A DNA stretch of 64,000 nt, from NCBI GenBank assembly GCA_001787405.1, contig MFWV01000007.1:15694-79693 (forward strand), in the 5' to 3' direction. This DNA is from Candidatus Pacebacteria bacterium RIFOXYA1_FULL_38_18. Its GTDB lineage: Bacteria > Patescibacteriota > Microgenomatia > UBA1400 > PJMF01. The notes under the pieces are model-generated. The model did not search any database and had not been told where the DNA came from. It was given only the letters and a program-made list of their open reading frames with translations. Position numbers and translations under genes: made by a program. This document shows positions 40,770 through 48,761 of the stretch, in pieces. Position 1 is the stretch's first letter. Every line of letters starts with the position of its first letter.

Positions 40770-41795
40770 TTAAGCCTCCCTCATTAGCAATCCCATGCAA
40801 ACGGAAAAAGCTAATTGATTTTGAGTGGGGATTTCTCCGGTGGCAGTAGCAAAAGGAGCTGCAAGTAAAATTTCCAGGTTGAGGGTACTAGTAAGATGTT
40901 CTACTAAACCTGGTAATTGTGCCGATCCGCCGGTTAAAACCAAGCGCTGAATTGTATTTTGAGGAGCTTGGTCGGCAAAATAACGCAAAGCTTTTTGAAT
41001 TTCTCCAGCTAGATTATTGATAGTGGGCAACAAGGCATTTTTTACTTTACCTTCAAATTGATCTGCGTTGAGTCCATAGGCGCGCTTGTATTGTTCAGCT
41101 TGTTGTAAATCTAGGCCTACTGTTTGTTGCAAAGTATTGGTCAGAAGATTGCCGACTCCTTTGTGAGTAAAAACAAACTGAATTTCTCCGTTTGCTACCA
41201 CCATGATATCCATATTGGTTGCTCCCAAATTAATAACCATGGTGGCTGGTTCTTGTTGATCAATACCTAAAGAGCGCAGTACCGAGAGCATTTGAGTTTC
41301 CAAAAAACTTGGCTCAATACCAGCATTGGTAAATAAAGCAAGATAGCGTTCTACCAAAGGTTTGCGAGTGCCAGTTAATAAGACACGCATTTGTGCTTGT
41401 TCATTATTTTTTTGAGAAAGACTGGATTTTGGCGGACGATATAAAACTTTGTATTGTAAAGATAATTCTTCTTTGGGAATAGGAATGTGTTGTTCTGCTT
41501 GCCAACCAATTGCAGAAGCAAGCTCGGCATCGGTGAGAAAAGGAATGGTGATTACTTTGGTAGAGACTGCAGTTTCTGGCAGACTCAAACGAATGTCCGT
41601 ATGGGGTAATTTATTTTCAAAAATGGTGTTATTGATTAGTTCGCTGAGTTGTTCTGTTTGCAAATCATCAGTGGGCATGGCCACTCCAAAATTATTTGGT
41701 ATTTCTATGGTACGCAAAATATTGGGAGTTCCATCAGGATCGGCAGCGATCGCTTTTATTGCATAAGTTCCAATGTCGATAGCTGTGGCAGGCAT
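40770..41795 (-). CDS. pilM: type IV pilus assembly ATPase-like protein PilM (actin/FtsA fold)
   Basis: N-terminal AIDIGTYAIKAI phosphate-1 motif and a later LVLTGGSAQLPGL motif typical of PilM/FtsA. Confidence 0.8.
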   Translation of the reverse strand: MPATAIDIGTYAIKAIAADPDGTPNILRTIEIPNNFGVAMPTDDLQTEQLSELINNTIFENKLPHTDIRLSLPETAVSTKVITIPFLTDAELASAIGWQAEQHIPIPKEELSLQYKVLYRPPKSSLSQKNNEQAQMRVLLTGTRKPLVERYLALFTNAGIEPSFLETQMLSVLRSLGIDQQEPATMVINLGATNMDIMVVANGEIQFVFTHKGVGNLLTNTLQQTVGLDLQQAEQYKRAYGLNADQFEGKVKNALLPTINNLAGEIQKALRYFADQAPQNTIQRLVLTGGSAQLPGLVEHLTSTLNLEILLAAPFATATGEIPTQNQLAFSVCMGLLMREA

Positions 41796-41807
41796 GATAG
41801 TTTTTCT

Positions 41808-42617
41808 TTAATTTTTAATAATCGAACTACCGCTCACCAAAGCATATTCCATGAAAGCTGGGGCCGTGGAGAGAGTGCGTTTTACTTCAAAAGATCTGGT
41901 TTCTTGACCGGCTAAAGTGTTTTGAGCCTGAGAATTGATCGTAAATTGACTAACAGCTGGCGAACCAACGATTTTTATATCAGTGTCGTTGTAAACAGGT
42001 TTGACTCGCACAAACTCATCCGTATCAGTAGTAAAGAGAGTGTAGCCGTAATTATAAGGAGTAGGTCCTGGATCATTGGCAATAAAATTGTCTCCCCTAG
42101 TACTAGCCCCACTACAGTTTCCAACTGCGTAATGACGCACGGTAATTGTGCCGGCATTATTGTTATAAACAGACAAAATAAGTGAGGCAGTTTCTTCGCA
42201 GGTTGCTTCAATCGCCCAATAAAAACTTATACTACCAGCAGCAGGTAAAACCAGCTCAGTGCTAGTGCCTTGTTTGAGATGAGTTTCCAGAGTATTACTT
42301 TTATCAATGGTGTAGTTAATATCAGTATTGCTACCAGATAAATCTAGTGAAGAAACATCTTCTGAAAGCTCATCTATACTGCCAGTTGATTCTGATTGAA
42401 AAATATCAGCTAGTGCTGCTTCTACACCAGCCTCGGCAGCATTGAATACCCTAGTGGTGTCCTGTTGTTGGATCGAGATCTCTGCTTGTTGAGAAGTACG
42501 GGTGGCCAGGGATAAACCCAAAGCCAAAACTACGACCATGATCAATAAAACAACTAAACCAATCTGTCCATTTTGTGATTGATAAATGGTGGGAAATTTG
42601 AATATTTTTTTTGACAT
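41808..42617 (-). CDS. PilX-like or pilin-like secreted protein; start set at MSKKIFKF..., which has a GGAAGCAGGA RBS
   Basis: Hydrophobic N-terminal segment (QIGLVVLLIMVVVLALGLSLA) without the prepilin Glu5. It is the first gene of the pilM-pilN-pilO operon. Confidence 0.35.
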   Translation of the reverse strand: MSKKIFKFPTIYQSQNGQIGLVVLLIMVVVLALGLSLATRTSQQAEISIQQQDTTRVFNAAEAGVEAALADIFQSESTGSIDELSEDVSSLDLSGSNTDINYTIDKSNTLETHLKQGTSTELVLPAAGSISFYWAIEATCEETASLILSVYNNNAGTITVRHYAVGNCSGASTRGDNFIANDPGPTPYNYGYTLFTTDTDEFVRVKPVYNDTDIKIVGSPAVSQFTINSQAQNTLAGQETRSFEVKRTLSTAPAFMEYALVSGSSIIKN

Positions 42618-42691
42618 GATTTTTCCTGCTTCCATGATACGAATTCTTGATTCAGGAAACAAGAGTTAGTTAATTTATGATGGTTTTTGGA

Positions 42692-44752
42692 TTAATTAGC
42701 CGTAGGGGTAGTTTTTTTATTATTGTCTTGATAGAAAATGAGTGGTTGCCATGTTTTGGCTAGTTTGTTTTGTAATTGATGAGCTTCTTGAATTAGTTTC
42801 AAGTTTGTCCAAGAAGCAAATCTCAAGTCGCTCAAACCATGTTGGCGAAAACCAAATAAATCTCCAGCTCCGCGATTTTTTAAATCCTGCTCGGCTAGTT
42901 TTAGGCCATCGTGTTCTTGGGAAAAAATCTTAAGGCGTTGAGCAGCTGATTTGGAGAAATTACTCATTGATAATAAACAAAAACTTTCCTGCCCGGCGCG
43001 GCCGACACGGCCGCGCAATTGGTGTAAGCTAGCCAGACCGAAGCGCTCTGCCCCCTCGATTACTACGACGTTGGCTGAAGGGAGATCTATGCCTACTTCT
43101 ACTACTGGGGTGGTGATTAAAACATCAATTTTTTTGGCAAAAACTTGTTCGATGATTGCTTGTTTTTGATCTGGTTTAAGTGAGCCGTGTAGCAAACCAA
43201 TTTTAAGTTTGGGAAAGCTTTTTTGAAAGTTTGTTTGAATTTCTTTAAATAATTTGGTAGCTGCTGTTACATTGCCCAGTGTTTCGTGCAGTGAAGGTTC
43301 GATGAAAGGACAGACAATCAAAGCTTGACCATGAGTGTGAGTGATTTTTTCTGCCAGCCATTGCCAGCCATCAGATCTTTTTTTATGAGGGACTAACCAA
43401 GTTTTGGTAGGTTTAATTCCGGGAGGCAACTCGTCAATCACACTCAAACTCAAATGCGAAAACAGAGTGAGCATTAGACTTCTGGGAATGGGTGTGGCAG
43501 ACATAGTCAAAACGTGAGGTGTTTTATTTTTAGTTTTGAGTGGTGAGCGTTGTTTGACTCCGAACCGATGCTGCTCGTCGTAAATAATTAAACTTGGTTG
43601 AATTAAATCCAAGCGATTGATGACAGCGTGAGTACCGATATAGAGTTTTGGACTGATGCTTGGTTTAAATTTGGCAGATTCTTTACTAGTGAGTTGTTCA
43701 ATTTTCAAATCAGGAAACAATTTTGTTAAACTTTCTGCGTGTTGTTGGGCCAAGATTTGAGTTGGTGCAATCAAAACAGCATTTAATTGATTTTGCCAAA
43801 CAAAGTGGGCAGCAATGCCGGCCACTACGGTTTTTCCAGAGCCTACATCACCAGTCAATAATCGATTCATGGCAACATCTTTTTGTAAATCGATCAAGAT
43901 TTCGCGAGTAGCTTTGACCTGGGCCCCAGTTAATTTGAAAGGAATGCTTTTGGGCAACCAAGCTGAGAAGTTATGGGCATCATAATTTTTGAGCTGGAGC
44001 GGCTGGGCGCTATGTTCTTTTTGCCATTTAGCTTTGATTTGGTGTGAGTGAGCAATCAATCCCAGCAGTTCTTCTAGCGCCAGCCGCTCCCGCGCAGACT
44101 CAACCTCTTTAGTTTCTGAAGGGAAATGTAGAGTTTGCAAAGCCTCAATAAAATTGGGATATGTTTGTTCAGTCAATTTGACAATTTGATCATCAATCAC
44201 TTGTAAATGATCCACGATTTCTTTGATGATTCTGCGCAATGAACCAATTTTTAATTCCTTGGTTAATTGTGAATAAATCGGTACCAACCGAGCAGTATGA
44301 ATAGTATCGTCACTAATTATCTCCACTGTTGGCTGAACAAACATACCTCGCTCATTTAACTTGCCAGCAAAATATAATTCACTCCCCTCTTTGAGCTGAT
44401 TGATCACAAAACGATTATTAAACCAAATGCATTGCAGTTTTCCGCTAGCATCTTCGATGGTAGCGCGCACCGTTCTTCGCCTGCCTTGATAGGAAATATT
44501 GGCACGTCGTACCACTGCTTTGATAGTAGCTGGTTCATCAATTTTGAGTTCATTGATAAACACAATATTACTGCGATCTTCATAGCGATACGGCAGTTGC
44601 AATGTTAGGTCCAATACAGTTTGAATTTCCACCTGATTAAGCGCTCTTCTCAAAGTTTCCCCAATGCCTTTGACGACTGAAATAGGATCACTAAGTCGAT
44701 AAATCATTAATAGCAGTGTACGAGAAAAACAATAAAAACCAAAGCAGTGCAA
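42692..44752 (-). CDS. recG: ATP-dependent DNA helicase RecG
   Basis: N-terminal wedge/OB domain, a helicase Walker A motif LLTGDVGSGKTVVA, a DEQH box and a C-terminal helicase domain. Confidence 0.9.
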   Translation of the reverse strand: MHCFGFYCFSRTLLLMIYRLSDPISVVKGIGETLRRALNQVEIQTVLDLTLQLPYRYEDRSNIVFINELKIDEPATIKAVVRRANISYQGRRRTVRATIEDASGKLQCIWFNNRFVINQLKEGSELYFAGKLNERGMFVQPTVEIISDDTIHTARLVPIYSQLTKELKIGSLRRIIKEIVDHLQVIDDQIVKLTEQTYPNFIEALQTLHFPSETKEVESARERLALEELLGLIAHSHQIKAKWQKEHSAQPLQLKNYDAHNFSAWLPKSIPFKLTGAQVKATREILIDLQKDVAMNRLLTGDVGSGKTVVAGIAAHFVWQNQLNAVLIAPTQILAQQHAESLTKLFPDLKIEQLTSKESAKFKPSISPKLYIGTHAVINRLDLIQPSLIIYDEQHRFGVKQRSPLKTKNKTPHVLTMSATPIPRSLMLTLFSHLSLSVIDELPPGIKPTKTWLVPHKKRSDGWQWLAEKITHTHGQALIVCPFIEPSLHETLGNVTAATKLFKEIQTNFQKSFPKLKIGLLHGSLKPDQKQAIIEQVFAKKIDVLITTPVVEVGIDLPSANVVVIEGAERFGLASLHQLRGRVGRAGQESFCLLSMSNFSKSAAQRLKIFSQEHDGLKLAEQDLKNRGAGDLFGFRQHGLSDLRFASWTNLKLIQEAHQLQNKLAKTWQPLIFYQDNNKKTTPTAN

Positions 44753-44879
44753 TTTTCCTCAACTTTTTCAGTTTTAAAGTAAAGAAAAAACAAAACTAGC
44801 AATGCTGGTCATGAGCAATGAAGCAATGGCTATGATCGCAAAAGCCTTGACCATTCTCTCTCTTTGTTTGCGAGTCATC

Positions 44880-46073
44880 TTAGTCGATTAGTTTATAAAT
44901 TTTACGTTTACCCACTCGAATAGCATCAACGGTTTGCAGATCAGGAATTTCATTAGGATCATTGATTCTTTGATTGCTGGGCAATAAAGCAGTGCCACCC
45001 TGCTCAATCAATCTTCTAGATTGGCTATTGCTTGCTCCACTAGCAAGAGAAACCATCGCAAAAGCAGGTTTGCCAACCAAGACAGCTCTTTTGATTTGCT
45101 GCGCTTCATCAGAAATTACTTTATTTTGAATGGTATCTTCAAAATGTTGCTGTGCTTTTTCCGCTTCTTTAGTTGAATGATATTGCTCAGTGATAGTGAA
45201 GGCCAATTGTTTTTTGAAAGTCATGGGGTTCTCCCCTGCTCTCATCGCCTTATCCATCTTGGCAATCTGACTGGAATGAACATCAGTTAAAAGCAGAAAG
45301 TACTCAATAATCAAGTTATCAGTAATTCGCATCAGCTTGCCATACATATCAATAGGATTTTCTGCCAATCCTACAAAGTTGTTGTAAGATTTACTCATTT
45401 TGCGGCCATCAGTGCCATTGATAATTGGTGTAGTCAGTACCCACTTTTCTTTATTGTGGTAAATTTTTTGCAAAGTTCTACCCATCATCATGTTGAAAGT
45501 TTGATCAGTGCCTCCCAACTCCAAATCAACATCCATTTCCACTGAGTCGTAACCTTGTAGTAGCGGATAGAGAATTTCATGACCATGAATGGGTTGTCCT
45601 TTTTTGATTCGTTCTTGGAACATGTCGCGTTCAATCAATTGCTGAACCGTGGTTTTGGCGGTTAACTTAATCACATCCACCATGGTCAATTTATCCAGCC
45701 AATCGCCATTGCGACGAATCTCTATTTTGGAAAAATCTAGGACCTTACTGGCCTGTTTCTTCCAAGTTTTGAAATTAGCCTCAATTTCCAAATCAGTTAA
45801 CATGGGTCTGGACTCATCGCGACCAGTAGGATCGCCAATCTTCACCGTGCCATTGCCGATCAATAAAATCACCTGATGACCAAGCAGAGCAAACTGATTG
45901 AGTTTACGCAAAACTACCGAGTGACCCAAATGCAGTTCAGAACCAGTTGGATCAATTCCCAAGTAGAGTCTGATTTTGCGCTTGTTCATCAATTTTTCCA
46001 GACCGGAACGGCTAGGCAAAACCTCCGCCACTCCTCTGGTTAGGACTTCTTTGATAGTTAAATTATTTGACAT
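44880..46073 (-). CDS. tyrS: tyrosyl-tRNA synthetase
   Basis: HIGH-type motif LHLGHSV, KMSKS motif and a C-terminal S4 RNA-binding domain (SNSQSRRLIEQGGTAL). Confidence 0.85.
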   Translation of the reverse strand: MSNNLTIKEVLTRGVAEVLPSRSGLEKLMNKRKIRLYLGIDPTGSELHLGHSVVLRKLNQFALLGHQVILLIGNGTVKIGDPTGRDESRPMLTDLEIEANFKTWKKQASKVLDFSKIEIRRNGDWLDKLTMVDVIKLTAKTTVQQLIERDMFQERIKKGQPIHGHEILYPLLQGYDSVEMDVDLELGGTDQTFNMMMGRTLQKIYHNKEKWVLTTPIINGTDGRKMSKSYNNFVGLAENPIDMYGKLMRITDNLIIEYFLLLTDVHSSQIAKMDKAMRAGENPMTFKKQLAFTITEQYHSTKEAEKAQQHFEDTIQNKVISDEAQQIKRAVLVGKPAFAMVSLASGASNSQSRRLIEQGGTALLPSNQRINDPNEIPDLQTVDAIRVGKRKIYKLID

Positions 46074-46120
46074 AAAACTCCTTTATTGTAATCTAATTAT
46101 TGCTTTCCTCAAAATTACGC

Positions 46121-47161
46121 TTATATAGAATTTGCTCTTTCCAATGCTTGCTCAAGATCATTTATTACTTCCTTGGGTTGCTCTAGTCCGATAGAAAGTC
46201 TAAATAGTCTGTCATCAATTCTTTGATCAGAGTTATCTGAGAGATCCATCATGGTGGTGGGTTGTTGAATTAACGTTTCAGTACCACCAAAACTATGTCC
46301 AATCACGATTTTTTTCAAAGATTTAATGAATAGATGAGGATTCAGATTGTGTTTTATTTTGAATGAAATTATTGGTCCTACCGCATGAAAGACATCTGCA
46401 ATTAATAGTGATGAGCGTAAAAAATTAACTATTTTTTGTTTATTATTTTTAATTTTTTGATGTCTCAAATCGAGTGTTTTTAGACCTCTCATTATTAGCC
46501 AGCTATCACTTGCTGACAAAATTGCTCCCACCGTATGTTGAAGAAACTTAATTTGTTGAGCAAGTTGTGCATCGTTGGTAGCGATCATTCCACCAATGGC
46601 ATCTGAATGGCCGTTAATCATTTTCGTTAGACTTTCAACTACTAAATCTGATCCAAGTTGTAACGGTTTTTGTTCCAAAGCTGTAGCCAAAGTATTGTCC
46701 ACCACAGTGATGATGTTGTGCTGACGAGCAACTTTGCACAATTTATTAATTTGGAGCACTTCCAACATTGGGTTGGTTGGGCTTTCAAACCACAATAGTT
46801 TGCTGTGCGGAGTAATATTTTGAGAAAGTAGATCAACTTTTTTCAAATCAATAGATTTACTATTGATTCCTAACGGCTGGAATACTTTTTTCAACAGTCT
46901 GGTTGTCCCTTCATAGATTTGTTGATGGTGTAGCACCTCATCTCCTTTTTTGAGGAGTAATAATGAATTGAGAATAGCTGCCGAGCCTGATGCAAACACA
47001 AAAGCATGTTTGGCATGGTGAAGTGTGGCCAGTTTTTCTTCCAGCAACTGTCTTGTTGGATTTCCCACCCGACCATATTGAAAACCTCGATCGCTACTAG
47101 GTTTAGTCATGGGAAATACAGTTGAAAGTTCTATGGGAGGCACTAATCCTGGATTTTTCAT
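46121..47161 (-). CDS. Cys/Met-metabolism PLP-dependent enzyme (cystathionine gamma-synthase/beta-lyase/gamma-lyase family)
   Basis: PLP-Lys motif VVESLTKMINGHSDAIGG and the general fold of this family. Its start overlaps (ATGA) the stop of the upstream gene. Confidence 0.75.
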   Translation of the reverse strand: MKNPGLVPPIELSTVFPMTKPSSDRGFQYGRVGNPTRQLLEEKLATLHHAKHAFVFASGSAAILNSLLLLKKGDEVLHHQQIYEGTTRLLKKVFQPLGINSKSIDLKKVDLLSQNITPHSKLLWFESPTNPMLEVLQINKLCKVARQHNIITVVDNTLATALEQKPLQLGSDLVVESLTKMINGHSDAIGGMIATNDAQLAQQIKFLQHTVGAILSASDSWLIMRGLKTLDLRHQKIKNNKQKIVNFLRSSLLIADVFHAVGPIISFKIKHNLNPHLFIKSLKKIVIGHSFGGTETLIQQPTTMMDLSDNSDQRIDDRLFRLSIGLEQPKEVINDLEQALERANSI

Positions 47162-48240
47162 TGGATCCTTTCTTTAGTTTTTTTAGTTAGAAGCACAATG
47201 TGTCTGTGGCAACTTAGTGGCGGTTGATGGCTATCAATGCCGATACGATCTTGCATGTCAGCAATAATCAACCCATCTTTTTCCCAAGTTTTGAGATGAT
47301 CATTAAATGATCTAAACCACTCGCCATGACCGCTTTCGTCTTCAGCAAATACCACAAAACTTTCACCTTCTGGCTCAATCTCAACTATTTTGCCTCTCAG
47401 AAATTCTAGATGTTCTCCAAACTCTTCTTTGAGCTGGTTTAAATCAAAAATTCTTGTTTGCAAAGCATGAACTGCTTCGCTAGAGGGAAGAATAGTTTGA
47501 AGCTGGTGGTGAGAAATTATTTCTCTATCTAGTGATTTAGTTAGCTCATCACTAGTTGTGATATTAACAATGGCTACACCATCCTCATCAAGGACACGTG
47601 TTACTTCTTCATTGATTGATCTGCTGATAGCTGGTGGGCAACAGTTATCAATATGATCTCTCAGTACAAGTTGTTGAGAAGCCTCATGAAGCGAGGTTTG
47701 TCTAGCATCTTGGTGCAGTGTTGTTACTTGTTGAAATTGTTTCTCATCTACCGCTTTTAGTATGTCTGAGTCAATATCAATTACCGATAATTGATTCCAA
47801 TTTGTTTCTAAAGTAGTTTGAAGAAATTTTTGAAAATCTGGCACACCTTCTACAATAGCCAAGCCAAAAATGGCTGCATCAATTGGTTTCTGCTCTAAAT
47901 TTTCGCGCAGTATTGCCACTGATGATTCTTTTTGAAGAAGTAATCTGAGATTTAACCCAACTGGCGGTGTTCCAGCAATGTCTTCCAAGTTAATACCTTG
48001 TCGTTCTGCTTCAATCACTCGCTGTTGAGTATTTTCGTATTGAGCGTGTTGTCTTAAACTTTGCCCAAATTTAGTCCCAATTTCTCCTGCTAAGTTGGTA
48101 ACTGATTCATCTTTACAATCATTTGCCAGCAACTCAAATGTCTTGAGTGATAGCCAGTTTTTCCAGGATGATTGCTGATCCTTTATGCTCTTGCCTAATT
48201 CAAGAGCAAGATGATGTTTAATTCTTAATTTTTCTGTCAT
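47158..48240 (-). CDS. hypothetical cytoplasmic protein; first gene of a T-box-controlled operon
   Basis: A 360-aa acidic protein with no motif I can assign. It lies directly downstream of the T-box leader and is translationally coupled to the PLP enzyme. Confidence 0.5.
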   Translation of the reverse strand: MTEKLRIKHHLALELGKSIKDQQSSWKNWLSLKTFELLANDCKDESVTNLAGEIGTKFGQSLRQHAQYENTQQRVIEAERQGINLEDIAGTPPVGLNLRLLLQKESSVAILRENLEQKPIDAAIFGLAIVEGVPDFQKFLQTTLETNWNQLSVIDIDSDILKAVDEKQFQQVTTLHQDARQTSLHEASQQLVLRDHIDNCCPPAISRSINEEVTRVLDEDGVAIVNITTSDELTKSLDREIISHHQLQTILPSSEAVHALQTRIFDLNQLKEEFGEHLEFLRGKIVEIEPEGESFVVFAEDESGHGEWFRSFNDHLKTWEKDGLIIADMQDRIGIDSHQPPLSCHRHIVLLTKKTKERIQ

Positions 48241-48327
48241 TTTTCTTTCTTTTTAAATAAAATATTATTACTTTTTTGGCGCCGATTTAGCGCGATTCTA
48301 TAGTCTATTTCCATAATTACCTTTCTT

Positions 48328-48690
48328 TTTTAATACTAAAAAACGCCCCGCACATACACCTGAATGGTGTACATGCAAGGGCGTTAAGATCCAACGCGGT
48401 ACCACCTTGCTTTATTTGCCTTTTTCTACAAAAAATCCTGCGAACGCAGGACTCGAAAAAAAGGAAAACCTCATTTCGAGCACTCTGTTTCTAGTGTGTC
48501 ATGCTCTTTCGCTATTATGGGCGATCCCATTCCTTGCTACTTTCCAAGATGAAATTTGGATTTGGTGTGGACTGCTCAGGAAGGTATTTCATTCTGTTAA
48601 AGCTAGTTCAGCTTTCACCAACCGCTGAATCTCTGTTTTCCGCTTTAGGAATTACTAAGTTTCCGTCACTGCATTTCTGTTAACTTGTTC
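48328..48690 (-). promoter_or_regulatory. T-box riboswitch leader with a Met (AUG) specifier, antiterminator and intrinsic terminator
   Basis: All on the minus strand. The T-box sequence AAGGUGGUACCGCG is the reverse complement of plus 48395..48410. The antiterminator has A1 AAGG/CCUU, the 7-nt bulge UGGUACC and A2 GCGUU/AACGC. The terminator is AACGCCCUUGCAUGUACACC-auuc-AGGUGUAUGUGCGGGGCGUU plus UUUUUU. Stem I has an AGAGA bulge, a distal loop GGUUGGUGAAAG and a specifier loop ...AGA-AUG-A.... A Stem III-like hairpin lies at 48436..48451. Confidence 0.7.
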
Positions 48691-48695
48691 GTGAA

Positions 48696-48723
48696 ATTAT
48701 ACACATGGTTTTTTAGTTTGCAA
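48696..48723 (-). promoter_or_regulatory. strong sigma70 promoter TTGCAA, 16-bp spacer, TATAAT (TG-extended) driving the T-box leader
   Basis: Read directly on the minus strand. A TG sits immediately 5' of the -10 hexamer. Confidence 0.6.
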
Positions 48724-48761
48724 GTTTTAATTTGAAAAGCAAAAAACTGGTACAATAATGT

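Noticed and set aside
48436-48451. Hairpin UCCUGCG-aac-CGCAGGA followed by a U-run, first read as the terminator of an independent ~260-nt ncRNA
   Set aside because: Once the T-box sequence and antiterminator were found immediately downstream, this hairpin fits T-box Stem III. The true terminator is the longer helix at 48334..48386.
48407-48683. Plus-strand ORFs of 73 and 60 aa overlapping the intergenic region upstream of the 47158..48240 gene
   Set aside because: They lie antisense to a region that folds into a canonical T-box leader on the minus strand (promoter, specifier, antiterminator, terminator). No RBS is evident and no protein motif is recognisable.
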